The notes beneath the pieces were generated by a model, which worked only from the letters and a program-made list of their open reading frames with translations, searched no databases and was not told the DNA's origin. The position numbers and the translations under genes are program-made. Source: Gemmatimonadota bacterium (GTDB taxonomy: Bacteria > Gemmatimonadota > Gemmatimonadetes > Gemmatimonadales > GWC2-71-9). Taken from it: 64,000 bases of DNA. Positions 1-10,363 of this stretch are shown piece by piece. The DNA lies in assembly GCA_041486305.1 (NCBI GenBank), contig JBGPLG010000001.1, forward strand, positions 84,429-148,428. The letters run 5' to 3'. Position 1 is the first letter of the stretch. Each line of letters opens with the position of its first letter.

Positions 1-500
1 GAGCCCAGAATGTGGCCGGCATCGGTGTACTCGAACGCCAGATTCTTGCGCAGGTAGTGGATCCGCTTGTAGGGCAGGGTCTGGATCAGGTCCTGCACCG
101 CGATGGCATCCCCCAGGGTATACAGCGGCTCACTCTCGGGTCCTTTCCTGCCGCGCCGGGCCAGGAAGTCGGCGTCCTTTTCCTGAATCTTGGCGGCATC
201 GGGGAGCATGACGGCGCAGAGGTCGCGGGTGGCGGGCGTGGCGTAGATCGGTCCGTGATAGCCGTGGCGGACCAGCAGCGGGAGCCGCCCGATATGATCG
301 ATATGGGCGTGGCTCACGACGATGGCGTCGATCCGTCGGGGATCGAAAGGCAGGTTGGCGTTGAGCGAGGCGGCCTCGGCGCGATGGCCCTGGAAGAGGC
401 CCGCGTCGAGGAGCACCCGGGCCCCGGCGGCCTCGAGCAGGTGCATCGAGCCGGTGACCTGACCCGCGGCGCCCCAGAATGTGAGTTTCGGTCCGCTCAT
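1..500 (-). CDS. MBL-fold metallo-hydrolase (beta-CASP / RNA-metabolising type), 3' end cut by window edge
   Basis: Absent from the ORF track because it runs off the window. The reverse complement from ATG at 500 reads MSGPKLTFWGAAGQVTGSMHLLEAAGARVLLDAGLFQG. The HxHxDH zinc motif IVVSHAHIDHI is encoded at about nt 291-323. Confidence 0.8.
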   Translation of the reverse strand, partial: MSGPKLTFWGAAGQVTGSMHLLEAAGARVLLDAGLFQGHRAEAASLNANLPFDPRRIDAIVVSHAHIDHIGRLPLLVRHGYHGPIYATPATRDLCAVMLPDAAKIQEKDADFLARRGRKGPESEPLYTLGDAIAVQDLIQTLPYKRIHYLRKNLAFEYTDAGHILG

Positions 501-510
501 GCGCGCCCCC

Positions 511-1155
511 TCACCTGGTTCCAAAGATCCTGTCGCCCGCATCTCCCAGTCCGGGGAGGATGTAGCCGTGGTCGTTGAGCTCCCGATCGAGCGCCGCCGC
601 GAACACCGGGACGGTAGGGTGGGCGGCCAGCATCGCCTTGACCCCCTCGGGCGCCGCTACGAGGCAGAGAAACCGGAGACGGTTGACACCGGCGGCCTTG
701 AGCTTGCTCACCGCCGCCACCGCCGAACCCCCGGTCGCGAGCATGGGGTCGAGCACGAAGAAGTCGCGGTCGGTTTCCGCGGCCGGGACCTTGTAGTAGT
801 AGCTCACCGGCAGGAGCGTCTCGTGGTCACGGTAGAGCCCGATGTGGCCAACCCGGGCCGAGGGCACCAGCTGGGTAATTCCCTCCACCATGCCGAGGCC
901 GGCGCGAAGGATGGGTACCAGGGTCAGCTTCTTGCCGGCGACCCGCCGGGCCTTCATCCGCTCCAGAGGAGTCTCGATCAGCACCTCCTCGGTCTCGAGG
1001 TCTCGGGTGACCTCGTAGGTCATCAGCATTGCGATCTCACTGACCAATTGCTTGAAGTCCTTGACCGGCGTGGACTTGTCGCGAAGGATGGACAGTTTGT
1101 GCTGGATCAGCGGGTGCTCGAGAACGGTGAGATTGGGGTGGGCGGGATGGGACAT
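511..1155 (-). CDS. upp: uracil phosphoribosyltransferase
   Basis: 214 aa. Has [13 protein letters not shown], the PILRAGLGM flexible loop, the [15 protein letters not shown]-binding motif and a C-terminal [16 protein letters not shown], all typical of Upp. Confidence 0.95.
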   Translation of the reverse strand: MSHPAHPNLTVLEHPLIQHKLSILRDKSTPVKDFKQLVSEIAMLMTYEVTRDLETEEVLIETPLERMKARRVAGKKLTLVPILRAGLGMVEGITQLVPSARVGHIGLYRDHETLLPVSYYYKVPAAETDRDFFVLDPMLATGGSAVAAVSKLKAAGVNRLRFLCLVAAPEGVKAMLAAHPTVPVFAAALDRELNDHGYILPGLGDAGDRIFGTR

Positions 1156-1282
1156 GGCGAAAAGATGCGGGGATCAGTCTCTCCCGGCTAGTATGTCCCC
1201 TTGATCGAAAACCAGTAGGCTGGCTGACGGAAGGGGCGGGGATATATTAGGCATCAGCCCCCTGCCTCCCAAGGTCATTGCA

Positions 1283-2263
1283 ATGCGTAGCCTCTTCCTG
1301 GCGGCCGGTATCGCCGCCGCCGCCCTGCCCGCCTCAGCACAGCAGAACCCGTTCAAGGTCCAGAAGGCCGGGATCAAGAACGCCCAGGTTTCCTATACCA
1401 TGTCGGGCGACATGAGTGGTACCGCCTCCGTCGCGTTCGACGGGGAGCGCATGGCACGCCGTAGCACCACCACGACCAAGATGATGGGGAAGACCACCTC
1501 GGCCGACACCTGGACCCTCACCACCCCGGACTCGGTGTACAACGGGGACCTCATCAAGAAGAAGGGGACGGTCGCGCCGAACCTGGTGCCGTACATGGCC
1601 AAGGCGTACGAGGACTTGGACGGGGACTCCAAGAAGCGGCTGCACCAGAACATGGAAGACATGGCGGCGGTGATGTCGAAGGCGTTCGGCCTGGCCGGCA
1701 TCAACAGCGGGGAAAAGATCGGGAGCAAGACCTACGCGGGGCAGGAGTGCGAGGAGAGGAAATTCGGCGGCTTCGAGATCTGCACCATGAACAAGGCGCC
1801 GATCATGCTGCATACCAAGGCCTCGATCGTCTGCCTCAACTACGAAGAGACCGCCAGCGAGGTGAAGCTCGGCGCGACATCCCCGGACGCGTTCGCGGCG
1901 CCGGCGGGCGTGGTGTTCACGGCGGACGAGCACCTCACCAAGCCGGATTCCATGGCGCTGGGCTACGTCAACTACCTGGCCAGCCAGCAGCTGGCCGACT
2001 CGCTGGCCAAGGCGAAGGCGCAGATGGCTGGCGCCGGCGGCCCTGGCATGCCCCAGATGACTCCGGAGCAGCAGGCGTCGATGCAGAAGGCCTGCGAAAC
2101 CATGAAGAACCTGGACGTCGGGAAGATGATGGCCGACGCCTCCAATCAAATGCTCAAGGGCATGGCCGACGCCGCCAAGCGGGCGGCGGTGGATGCGGCC
2201 AAGAACGCCGCGGAGAACAAGGTCAAGGGAATCTTCAAGAAGCCGAAGATCCCGACCAGTTGA
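1283..2263 (+). CDS. secreted hypothetical protein, Met/Lys-rich
   Basis: Sec-type signal MRSLFLAAGIAAAALPASAQQ. I count 22 Met in 326 aa by hand, clustered in the C-terminal MPQMTPEQQASMQKACETMKNLDVGKMMADASNQMLKGM. No family recognised. Confidence 0.6.
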   Translation: MRSLFLAAGIAAAALPASAQQNPFKVQKAGIKNAQVSYTMSGDMSGTASVAFDGERMARRSTTTTKMMGKTTSADTWTLTTPDSVYNGDLIKKKGTVAPNLVPYMAKAYEDLDGDSKKRLHQNMEDMAAVMSKAFGLAGINSGEKIGSKTYAGQECEERKFGGFEICTMNKAPIMLHTKASIVCLNYEETASEVKLGATSPDAFAAPAGVVFTADEHLTKPDSMALGYVNYLASQQLADSLAKAKAQMAGAGGPGMPQMTPEQQASMQKACETMKNLDVGKMMADASNQMLKGMADAAKRAAVDAAKNAAENKVKGIFKKPKIPTS

Positions 2264-2280
2264 CGAAGCGCATGATTTGC

Positions 2281-2309
2281 TTGAGGTTAGGGCCCTGGCC
2301 CGTTATATT
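2281..2309 (+). promoter_or_regulatory. candidate sigma70-type promoter for tRNA-Phe
   Basis: TTGAGG (2281-2286), 17-nt spacer, TATATT (2304-2309), ending 12 nt before the tRNA 5' end. Confidence 0.35.
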
Positions 2310-2321
2310 TTCGCCGCTTCG

Positions 2322-2394
<73 letters not shown>

Positions 2395-2441
2395 CTCGCG
2401 CCACATGGCCGTCCGATCGGGGCGGCCGTCGTCGTTCGGGG

Positions 2442-3056
2442 CTAGGCCACCCCCGGGATCCATCGGTAGCGCACCTCCCGCATGTATCGCTCGTACTCCG
2501 GATCGATCCGCAGGAAACTCTCCTCCATCAGCGTCTTGCTCACGAACAGCCCGAGGAACACGAGGCTCAAGGCCAGGTTCGGCCACGAGAAGCCCTCGAG
2601 GATCACGCACACCTCGGCGAGGAACAGCGCCGAGTAAATCGGGTGCCGGACCAGACGGTAGGGGCCGGTCAGGACCAGGCGTCGCTGAGCCGGCACGAAC
2701 CCGATGTTGCGACCCAGGCTGAGCCGCGCATACACATCCGCGATGACGCTCACCACCGACAGGCTGTCGGTCACCAGCGCGGGCACCAGGGGATGCCCGC
2801 CGCCGGTGAAGCTGGCGGTCAGGAATCCGTAGTAGCTGGCGACCAACGCGACGACCCAGAACAGGGGGTTGGTCGTCACGCGGACCGGGGGGAGCCGGAT
2901 CAGCATGGTGACGATGAGCAGTGACAGCTGCACCAGGATCGCGACCCGCGGAACGCTCAGGTGCCCCGCCCTGATGTCGAACCAGAGCACGTACCCGAAG
3001 GGCAGTGTCGCCAGCACGGCGATGGTGCGGTCGACCCAGGGCCGGGTGAGGAACAT
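2442..3056 (-). CDS. isoprenylcysteine carboxyl methyltransferase (ICMT/PEMT-like) family membrane methyltransferase
   Basis: Multi-TM protein with LVLTGPYRLVRHPIYSALF, the family LVTxGxYxxxRHPxY motif. Start moved to ATG 3056 (MFLTRPW) because the upstream part of ORF 2442-3134 looks non-coding. Confidence 0.75.
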   Translation of the reverse strand: MFLTRPWVDRTIAVLATLPFGYVLWFDIRAGHLSVPRVAILVQLSLLIVTMLIRLPPVRVTTNPLFWVVALVASYYGFLTASFTGGGHPLVPALVTDSLSVVSVIADVYARLSLGRNIGFVPAQRRLVLTGPYRLVRHPIYSALFLAEVCVILEGFSWPNLALSLVFLGLFVSKTLMEESFLRIDPEYERYMREVRYRWIPGVA

Positions 3057-3131
3057 GGCCGTAAGGTAGGGGAAACCGGGCCCGGTGCCGCACCGACACG
3101 ACCGGGTTGACGGGACAACCGGCCGGCGGTA

Positions 3132-3154
3132 CATATGTTGTTATACAATATATG
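3132..3154. promoter_or_regulatory. imperfect 10-3-10 inverted repeat, candidate PadR operator overlapping the padR start codon
   Basis: CATATGTTGT-TAT-ACAATATATG, arms match 9/10. It sits in an AT-rich patch within GC-rich DNA and includes the ATG at 3152. Confidence 0.4.
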
Positions 3155-3496
3155 GAGCAGCCGGTGCTCGATCGGGAATGGAAGAAGGGCAGCGCGGATC
3201 TCCTGGTGCTCTCCCTGGTGGAACACGAGCCCCGCCACGGCTATGACCTCTGCAAGCTGATCGAGACCCGCTCCCGGGGCGTGCTGACTTTCCACGTCGC
3301 ATCGCTGTACCCGCTGCTCTACCGCCTGGAGAAACGGGGCTGGATCGAGGGCCGCTGGGTGGAAAAGGCGGGCCAGCGGCGGCGGCGCTACTACCGGCTC
3401 ACCCCGGTCGGCCGGAAGGTCCTCGCCGCACAGCGGCGGAGCTGGAGCGCCTTCGCCGCCGCCATCAGCCGGATCGCGGGGGTCCAGAATGCCTGA
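3152..3496 (+). CDS. PadR family transcriptional regulator
   Basis: Winged-HTH signature [27 protein letters not shown]...[18 protein letters not shown]...[12 protein letters not shown]. Start set at MEQPVL because the codons upstream (YVVIQY) are AT-rich and atypical for this DNA. Confidence 0.88.
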   Translation: MEQPVLDREWKKGSADLLVLSLVEHEPRHGYDLCKLIETRSRGVLTFHVASLYPLLYRLEKRGWIEGRWVEKAGQRRRRYYRLTPVGRKVLAAQRRSWSAFAAAISRIAGVQNA

Positions 3497-6173
3497 CTGG
3501 AGCGGCGAGATCCGTCGGCGGCTGGCGCCGCTCTCCCTGGAGCCCACCCGCGAAGCCGACATCGTGGAGGAGCTGTCGCAGCATCTGGACGACCGGTACC
3601 GGGAGCTGCTGGCCCGGGGCCTCGCGGCGGACGCCGCCACGCGCGCCGCGCTCGCGGAGCTCAGCGACGAGGAGCTCACCGGCGCCCTCCGCGGCATCGA
3701 ACGGCCCGCTCCGGCTCCGGCGCCCGCGCCCGGCGCTCCGCGCACCCGCCGGTGGAGCGGCCAGTTCCTGCAGGACCTCCGCTTCGGCGTTCGCATGCTG
3801 CGGACCCGCCCCGGCTTCACGGCTGTCGCCATGCTCACCCTGGCGCTGGGCATCGGTGCCAACACGGCGATCTTCAGCACCGTCAACGGCGTGCTGCTCA
3901 AGCCGCTGCCCTATCCCGAGTCGCAGAATCTGGTGACGTTCTGGGGCACCGCGCCGGAAAAGCGGCTTCCGGTGGTCAACTACCCGGACGCCATGTTCGT
4001 CTTCTTCCACCAACACACCCGGGTGCTCGAATCGGTGGCCGCTTACTCCGGTGGCGGGGTCAGCCTGTCCGGGGAAGGCGACCCTGAGCGGGTTCCGGCG
4101 ACGGCGGTCTCGACCGACTTCTTCTCCGTCATGAGGCAGGTTCCCGTGGCGGGGCGGGGGTTCGTGGCGGACGAAGGAACCAGCGGCAAGAGCAACGTCG
4201 TCGTGGTGAGCCACGCGCTCTGGCGGCGGCGCTTCGGGGGCGATCGCAACCTGGTCGGCAAGTCCATCCTGCTCGGCGGGCAGCCTACAGTGGTGGTCGG
4301 GATCATGGCGCCGGGTTTCGATTTCCCGGAGCGTTCCGAGCTCTGGGTCCCGCTGGTGCTCGACCCGGAAAGCGTGAACAACTGGTACCTCTCGACGGTC
4401 GGACGTCTCAAGCCCGGTCGGACGGTGGAGGACGCCCACCGGGAAGTGGCGGCCATGAGCGACGAGTTCATGCTGAGTCGCCCGGCGAGGTTTCCGGACG
4501 CCAAGCCCGGCGGGGGGAGGGCGGTGGTCCAGCCGGTGCTCCAGAGCCTGGTGGGAGATGCGCGCACTCCGCTTCTCGTACTTCTCGGCGCCGTCGGGTT
4601 GGTTCTGCTCATCGCCTCGGCCAATATCGGGAACCTGCTTCTGGCGCGGGCGCTCGCCCGCAACCGTGAAATGGCCCTGCGTTGCTGTCTGGGGGCCAGC
4701 ACCGGGCGGATTGCCGCCCAGCTGCTGACCGAAAGCCTGGTGCTCGCGGTGCTGGGGGGCGCAGTGGGCCTGCTGCTGGGAGCCCTCGGCGTCGGCCTGA
4801 TCCGGGGCCTTCAGGTCGGACCGGTGCCTCGGCTCGCCGAGGTCCGGCTCGATCCACTCGCCCAGCTCTTCGCGCTCGGTATCACCCTCACCGCGGGCCT
4901 GTTCTTCGGGATGGCGCCGGCGATCCGCGCCTCCCGGGTGAACCCGCTCGTGGGGCTCCAGGGCGGCGCCCGCGGCGGCAGGTCCGGGGGCGCACGACGG
5001 CTGAGCCACGGATTCGTGGTCGCGCAATTCGCCCTGTCGCTGATTCTCCTGATCGGCGCCGGGCTGCTGCTGCGGAGCTTTCGGCGGACGCTCGAGGTCG
5101 ATCCCGGCTTTCGGCCCGAGAACGTCGTGACGGCCCGGGTCCAGCTCCCCTGGCCCAAGTACCGGAGTGACACGGTGGTCCGCGTGTTCCAGACCCGGCT
5201 GCTCGAGTCGGTGCGCACGCTCCCGGGCGTGCGGGAGGTGGGGCTGGCGAGCCGGGTGCCGTTCAGCCCGGGCAATCCCCAACAGAACCTGTACGTCGAG
5301 GACCATCCGGCTCGGTCGGGCGAGGCGATCCCGGTCGTCAATTCGCGAGTGGTCTCCCCCGGGTACTTCGAGGCGATCGGAACGCCGATCCTCCGGGGCC
5401 GCGGGTTTTTGCCGAGCGACAACACCAACGCGCCCCAGGTCGTCGTGGTGGATGAAACCCTGGCGCAGCAGTACTGGCCCGGCGCCGATCCTCTCGGCAA
5501 GCGGATCAGAGTCAGCACCGACAGCGGCACGCCGTGGCTTGCCATCGTCGGTGTGGTGCCAAACGTGAAGCACGCGAGCTTGCGCGAGCGACCCAACTTC
5601 GAGCTCTACCGGCCGTTCACCCAGAATCCCACCTGGTCCTCCTACGTCGTCATGCGCTCCCGAAGCGCGTCTGAGGGACTGGTCCCGGAGCTCCGGCGTC
5701 GGGTGGCCGAGCTGGATCCGACGCTGCCGGTCTCCGAAGTCCAGACGATGGAAGGGGCGATGGCCGAATCGCTGAGCCTCGCCCGGCTCACCAATCTGCT
5801 GCTCACCGGGTTTGCGGGCCTCGCCCTGCTGTTGGCGGTCATCGGCATCTACGGTGTGATGTCGCTCGATGTGAACGGGCGGCTGAGCGAGTTCGGCGTA
5901 CGGCTCGCGCTCGGCGCGGCGCCGCGGGATGTGCTTCGGCTAGTGATGCGACGAGGGCTGTTGCTGGCGCTGCTCGGACTCGGGATCGGCCTGGCCGGTG
6001 CGGTATGGCTGACCCGGTTCCTCGGCGCGCTGCTTTTCGAAGTAAGCCCGGTGGACCCGCTCATCTTCCTGACGGTGGCCGGAGCGCTGACGGCGGCGGC
6101 GGTTTTCGCGTGCTACTTGCCGGCCCGCCGCGCCACCCGGGCCGATCCCATCACGGTGCTGCGGCGCGAATAG
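3489..6173 (+). CDS. ADOP-type duplicated MacB/FtsX permease with N-terminal prefix domain (copy 1)
   Basis: 894 aa. About 95-aa charged helical prefix, then [37 protein letters not shown] (TM1). Two FtsX 4-TM blocks and the C-terminal [17 protein letters not shown] tail. Overlaps the padR stop by 8 nt. Confidence 0.92.
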   Translation: MPDWSGEIRRRLAPLSLEPTREADIVEELSQHLDDRYRELLARGLAADAATRAALAELSDEELTGALRGIERPAPAPAPAPGAPRTRRWSGQFLQDLRFGVRMLRTRPGFTAVAMLTLALGIGANTAIFSTVNGVLLKPLPYPESQNLVTFWGTAPEKRLPVVNYPDAMFVFFHQHTRVLESVAAYSGGGVSLSGEGDPERVPATAVSTDFFSVMRQVPVAGRGFVADEGTSGKSNVVVVSHALWRRRFGGDRNLVGKSILLGGQPTVVVGIMAPGFDFPERSELWVPLVLDPESVNNWYLSTVGRLKPGRTVEDAHREVAAMSDEFMLSRPARFPDAKPGGGRAVVQPVLQSLVGDARTPLLVLLGAVGLVLLIASANIGNLLLARALARNREMALRCCLGASTGRIAAQLLTESLVLAVLGGAVGLLLGALGVGLIRGLQVGPVPRLAEVRLDPLAQLFALGITLTAGLFFGMAPAIRASRVNPLVGLQGGARGGRSGGARRLSHGFVVAQFALSLILLIGAGLLLRSFRRTLEVDPGFRPENVVTARVQLPWPKYRSDTVVRVFQTRLLESVRTLPGVREVGLASRVPFSPGNPQQNLYVEDHPARSGEAIPVVNSRVVSPGYFEAIGTPILRGRGFLPSDNTNAPQVVVVDETLAQQYWPGADPLGKRIRVSTDSGTPWLAIVGVVPNVKHASLRERPNFELYRPFTQNPTWSSYVVMRSRSASEGLVPELRRRVAELDPTLPVSEVQTMEGAMAESLSLARLTNLLLTGFAGLALLLAVIGIYGVMSLDVNGRLSEFGVRLALGAAPRDVLRLVMRRGLLLALLGLGIGLAGAVWLTRFLGALLFEVSPVDPLIFLTVAGALTAAAVFACYLPARRATRADPITVLRRE

Positions 6174-6185
6174 CCGGCTCCGGGC

Positions 6186-8678
6186 TCATTCCGCGCGCAA
6201 TGTGATCAGCGGGTCCACCCGGGTGGCGCGCCGCGCGGGCACGATCAACGCCAGCAGGGCAACGGTACCCAGCAGGAGCAGCAGGACCCCATACACCCTC
6301 GGGTCGGTCGGCTTGACGCCGTAGAGCAGCGATTCCAGCAGCCGGCTCAGCGCCAGCGCGCCGAGCACTCCCGCCGCGAGCCCGGCGCCCGCCACGGCCA
6401 GCCCTTCGCGGACCACCATCCACGCAATCATGCCGGGCCCGCCCCCGATGGCGATGCGGATGCCGATCTCCCGGCTCCGTTCACTGACCGAGTGCGCAAT
6501 CACCCCGTAGATCCCCAGCGCAGCGAGTCCGAGCGCCAGGATCGCGAAGGCCGACAGCAGGCCGGCGTTAAACCGGGCCCGGGCCCAGGTTGCGGCGAGC
6601 GCGTCGGACATGGTCCGCACGTCGAAGATCGGCAGGCCGGGCTCCGCGGCGTTCACGGCCGCGCGGACCTCCGCCACGACCGAGAGCGGATCGCGCTCGG
6701 TCCGCGCCATGACGGTTCGAAAGGCGTAGGTGAACTGGAGGTACGGCGTGTAGAAGCTGGCCTGGCCCGCCGCGCTCTCGATCGATCCATACGGCACGTC
6801 GCCCACCACCCCGACGATCACAGCGCTCGAATCGGGACTCGAGAAAGTACTTCCTCCCCCGAACCAGACCCGCCGACCGACCGGGTCCTCGCCGGGCCAG
6901 AACTTCTGCGCCGCGGTGCGGTTGATGATGGTGACGTGCGGCGCGCCGGCGCGATCGGCCGGCGTGAAGGCCCGGCCGCGCAGCACCGGAATTCCGAGGG
7001 TCCGGAAATGGTCGGGGCCGACATAGTGACGGGTGATCGGCGGCGCCCGGCCGGGCTCCGGCGGCGGCCGGCCCGCGATGTAGAGCGTGCTGTTGGCGTA
7101 GCGGTCGTCGAACGGAGTGCCGGCGTCGACCGAAGCCGACACGACGCCGGGCACCACGGAGACCCGCTGCAGCAGCCGCTCGAGGAGTGCCGGCGCCCGC
7201 TCCGACGGATAGCGCGTGTCGGCCGGCTGGATCCGGAAGGTCAGGAGCCCGGCCGGCTGGAAGCCGTGGTCGACCGCGACCGTCCGCCGGAAACTCTCCA
7301 CCATCAAGCCGGCGCCAATACACAACATGAGCGCCAGCGCCATTTCTCCCACGATGATGAGCCCGCGAAGCTGGGGACGGCGCAGCGAGAGAGACCGCCC
7401 TGCGGAGCTCCCGCCTCCCCGCAACTCCGCGGCCAGGTCGGACCGGGTGGCGCGCAGCGCCGGCAACAGGCCAAACAGCACGGTGGTTCCGAGCGCCAGG
7501 AACAGCGCCATGCCCAGCACGGTGGGGTCCAGCCGCGCCGTGGCGAATTCTCCCAGTGCGCCGTACCCTCCGCGCGCCCCGATGGTGCGCTCCGGTACGG
7601 CCAGCCATCGCAGGATCAAGGCGGCGAGCAGCACTCCACCCAGGCCGCCGGCGCCGGCCAGCAGCACGCTTTCGGTGAGGAGCTGCCGGACCAGCCGCGG
7701 CCGGCCGACCCCGAGCGCGAGCCGGACGGCGATCTCGCGCCGCCGGGCCACCGCGCGTCCGAGTTGGAGGCTGGCCAGGTTGGCCGAGGCGACCAGCAGG
7801 AGGAAAATCGCGGCTCCGAACAGGACCAGTACCGCGCGGCGATTCACCGGATCGATGCGCGCCGCATCGAGCGGAACGGCGGTAGCGGCGAACGTCGCCG
7901 GAACGTCGGTCTCGCTGGGGAGCTCGGCCTGGATCCTGGCGCCAAGGACGGCCAGCTCGGCCCGTGCCGCGGCCGGCGTGACACCGTCGCGCAGCCGGCC
8001 AATGACGCTGAGGAAGTTCTGGTTGGTGGTGAGGTGCTCCCGATAGCTGAGCACCGGCGCCATGGCCTCGGGGGTCCAGAGCTCGGCCTTGCCGGAGAGC
8101 CCCCGGAACCCCGGGGGCATAACGCCCACGATGGTGAGCGGCTCGGCTTCCAGGGTGAGGGTCCGTCCGATCGCGGCGCGGTCACCCGCGAAACGGCGCT
8201 GCCAAAGCGCATAGCCGAGCAGGACGGCCGGATGCGCCCCGGGGATGGAATCCTCTTCGGGCAGAAAAGTCCGGCCGACCAGTGCCGGTACCCCCAGAAT
8301 CCCGAAATACCCGGCCGAGACCTGCTCGCTGGACAGGCGCTCCGGCTCGGCCCCGTCGGTCAGGTTGATGCTGGCCGGGCCGAAGGTCGACACGTCCGTG
8401 AACGAACGCTGTTCCCGGTGCAGCATTCGATAGCGCGGGAAGGACCAGCGCTCGCGCCCCGCGAGGGCCCCGTTCTCGGTTCGGGTGATATAGGGCAGCA
8501 TCAGGCGATCGGCCCGCTCAAACGGGACCGGACGGAACAGCGCGCCGTAGACCACGCTGTATACCGCGGTGGTGGCGCCAATGGCGAGCGTGAGCGTACC
8601 GACCGCGATCGCGGCGAAGAGGCGGCTCCGCACCAGGGCGCGGAGCGCGAAGCGAAGGTCGTGCAGCAGGCTGTCCAT
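6186..8678 (-). CDS. ADOP-type duplicated MacB/FtsX permease, prefix-less (copy 2)
   Basis: Start set at ATG 8678 (MDSLLHDLRFALRALVRSRLFAAIAVGTLTLAIGATTAVYS), which aligns with TM1 of the other copies. AGGAAG lies 5 nt upstream. C-terminal tail PARRATRVDPLITLRAE. The longer ORF to 9179 is Arg/Gly/Pro-rich and overlaps the sigma gene. Confidence 0.88.
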   Translation of the reverse strand: MDSLLHDLRFALRALVRSRLFAAIAVGTLTLAIGATTAVYSVVYGALFRPVPFERADRLMLPYITRTENGALAGRERWSFPRYRMLHREQRSFTDVSTFGPASINLTDGAEPERLSSEQVSAGYFGILGVPALVGRTFLPEEDSIPGAHPAVLLGYALWQRRFAGDRAAIGRTLTLEAEPLTIVGVMPPGFRGLSGKAELWTPEAMAPVLSYREHLTTNQNFLSVIGRLRDGVTPAAARAELAVLGARIQAELPSETDVPATFAATAVPLDAARIDPVNRRAVLVLFGAAIFLLLVASANLASLQLGRAVARRREIAVRLALGVGRPRLVRQLLTESVLLAGAGGLGGVLLAALILRWLAVPERTIGARGGYGALGEFATARLDPTVLGMALFLALGTTVLFGLLPALRATRSDLAAELRGGGSSAGRSLSLRRPQLRGLIIVGEMALALMLCIGAGLMVESFRRTVAVDHGFQPAGLLTFRIQPADTRYPSERAPALLERLLQRVSVVPGVVSASVDAGTPFDDRYANSTLYIAGRPPPEPGRAPPITRHYVGPDHFRTLGIPVLRGRAFTPADRAGAPHVTIINRTAAQKFWPGEDPVGRRVWFGGGSTFSSPDSSAVIVGVVGDVPYGSIESAAGQASFYTPYLQFTYAFRTVMARTERDPLSVVAEVRAAVNAAEPGLPIFDVRTMSDALAATWARARFNAGLLSAFAILALGLAALGIYGVIAHSVSERSREIGIRIAIGGGPGMIAWMVVREGLAVAGAGLAAGVLGALALSRLLESLLYGVKPTDPRVYGVLLLLLGTVALLALIVPARRATRVDPLITLRAE

Positions 8679-8734
8679 GTGTACTTCCTGGGATGCCGGC
8701 CGGACCCCGTGGGTTTGGGCGGTCCGGGTTCGCG

Positions 8735-9979
8735 CTAGCGAGTCAGTTCCCGGATGCGGCGCTCCAGAAAATGGCGCTCCGGCTCCAATTTCGTCAGGGT
8801 GAGCGCACGCCGGTACGAGGCGATCGCCTCGGCGACCATTCCCAGGCGGCGGCAGAGGTCGGCGCGGGCCGAATGGGCCAGGTGGTAGTCGGCCAGCGCT
8901 CCCCGGAGGAGAATCGCGTCGATGAGCTCGAGCCCGGCCGCTGGACCGTCCCGCATCGCCACGGCCGCGGCGCGATTGAGCTCGACCACCGGCGTGGGAT
9001 CCGCGCGAAGCAGGACGTCGTAGAGGCCCACGATCTGCCGCCAGTCGGTCGCGCCGGCGTCGGCGGCCTCGGCGTGCACCGCCGCGATGGCGGCCTGGAG
9101 CGTATAGGGGCCGAAGCGACGTGAGCCCAGGGCCCGCTCGACCAGGGCGCATCCTTCGGCGATCTGACCGCGATCCCACCGGCTGCGATCCTGATCGGCC
9201 AGCAGGACGAGCCCGGCGGAGGCGGACACCCGGGTCTCGCGGCGGGAGTCGTGCAGCAGCATCAGAGCGAGCAGTCCCAGGACCTCGGGTTCGGGCAGAA
9301 GATCGGCCAGGAGCCGCCCCAGCCGAATGGCCTCGGCAGAGAGATCGTGCCGGGTGAGGGAGGCGCCCGACGACGCGGTGTACCCCTCGTTGAACACCAG
9401 ATAGACGACGTGGAGCACGGCGTCGAGCCGCTCGGGCAGATCGGCCCGCGACGGCACCTGATAAGGAATACCGGCGTCCCGGATCTTGGCCTTGGCGCGC
9501 ACGATCCGCTGGGCCAGCGCGGGGGCCGAGATCAGGAACGCGCGGGCGATCTCTTCGGTCTCCAGTCCGCAGACCTCGCGCAGCGTCAGGGCGATCCGGG
9601 CGTCGGGGGGCAGGGCGGGGTGGCAGCAGGTGAAGACGAGGCGGAGCCGGTCGTCGTCGACGGCGTCGTCGTCCGGATCCGGCACGGGCGAGGCCTCCGC
9701 GTCCAGCCGCTCGGCGATCGAGGAGAGCGACGCGTCGAACCGGGCCCTCCGTCGCAGCTGGTCGATGGCCTTGAACCGTCCGGCCGAAACCAGCCAGGCC
9801 CGCGGGTTATCGGGAACGCCGGTCTCGGGCCAGCGGCTCAGGGCGGCGGCGAAGGCTTCCTGCAGCGCCTCCTCGGCGAGGTCGAAATCACCGAGGAGGC
9901 GGATGAGGGTGGCGAGGACCCGACGGGACTCGGACCGGTAAATGGAGTCCACCATGCTCCGGACCTCGTCAGCCGGCAT
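8735..9979 (-). CDS. ECF-type RNA polymerase sigma factor with long C-terminal extension (ECF42-like)
   Basis: 414 aa. Has RVLATLIRLLGDFDLAEEALQEAF, the sigma-4 region LTLREVCGLETEEIARAF and a roughly 200-aa helical/TPR-like C-terminal extension. Preceded by a YciI/DGPF gene, the hallmark context of the ECF42 group (from memory). Confidence 0.85.
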   Translation of the reverse strand: MPADEVRSMVDSIYRSESRRVLATLIRLLGDFDLAEEALQEAFAAALSRWPETGVPDNPRAWLVSAGRFKAIDQLRRRARFDASLSSIAERLDAEASPVPDPDDDAVDDDRLRLVFTCCHPALPPDARIALTLREVCGLETEEIARAFLISAPALAQRIVRAKAKIRDAGIPYQVPSRADLPERLDAVLHVVYLVFNEGYTASSGASLTRHDLSAEAIRLGRLLADLLPEPEVLGLLALMLLHDSRRETRVSASAGLVLLADQDRSRWDRGQIAEGCALVERALGSRRFGPYTLQAAIAAVHAEAADAGATDWRQIVGLYDVLLRADPTPVVELNRAAAVAMRDGPAAGLELIDAILLRGALADYHLAHSARADLCRRLGMVAEAIASYRRALTLTKLEPERHFLERRIRELTR

Positions 9980-10325
9980 TGTACTCCATGATGGGCCGGA
10001 CTTCGATGGAGCCGACCCGCACCGAGGGAATCCGGGCCGCCACCTGGATGGCGTCGTTCAGATCCTTGGCCGTGATGAGGTAGAAACCGCCCAGCTGTTC
10101 CTTGGTTTCGGCGAAGGGCCCGTCGGTGGTGGAGACCTTGCCCTGCCGCGACCGGATGGTGGTGGCCGTCTGGGTGGGCTGCAGGGGCTCGCCGCCGAGG
10201 TAGTGGCCGGTCTTCTTGATGTCGTTGGTGAAGGCGCGGTACTCCCCCATGACCGCGTCCGACTCTGCCTTCGGCATCTTTTCCCAGAGAGTCTCGTCCG
10301 AGTAGATCAGGCACAGGTATTTCAT
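9969..10325 (-). CDS. YciI-family (DGPF domain) protein
   Basis: 118 aa. Starts MKYLCLIY and contains the signature TTDGPFAETKEQLGGFYLI. Overlaps the sigma gene start by 11 nt. Confidence 0.9.
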   Translation of the reverse strand: MKYLCLIYSDETLWEKMPKAESDAVMGEYRAFTNDIKKTGHYLGGEPLQPTQTATTIRSRQGKVSTTDGPFAETKEQLGGFYLITAKDLNDAIQVAARIPSVRVGSIEVRPIMEYNAG

Positions 10326-10363
10326 GGCTGGCTCCGGTTGGTGTGGACCGTGTGGACGCCAGA

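Noticed and set aside
12-578. 188-aa plus-strand ORF at the window start.
   Set aside because: It is antisense to a clear MBL-fold hydrolase (HxHxDH motif) read on the minus strand from ATG 500, and has no motif of its own.
3700-3740. A Pro-Ala repeat ([12 protein letters not shown]) inside ADOP copy 1 as a possible repeat element.
   Set aside because: It is a short low-complexity linker between the prefix domain and TM1 within a continuous reading frame, and has no nucleotide-level repeat structure beyond GC-rich codons.
8679-9179. N-terminal 167-aa extension of the ORF 6186-9179. Analogous extensions occur in 27683-30775, 37594-38310, 33824-35113, 9942-10571 and 59067-59909.
   Set aside because: The extensions are Arg/Gly/Pro-rich, overlap the neighbouring real genes, and the family-typical N-termini begin at internal start codons.
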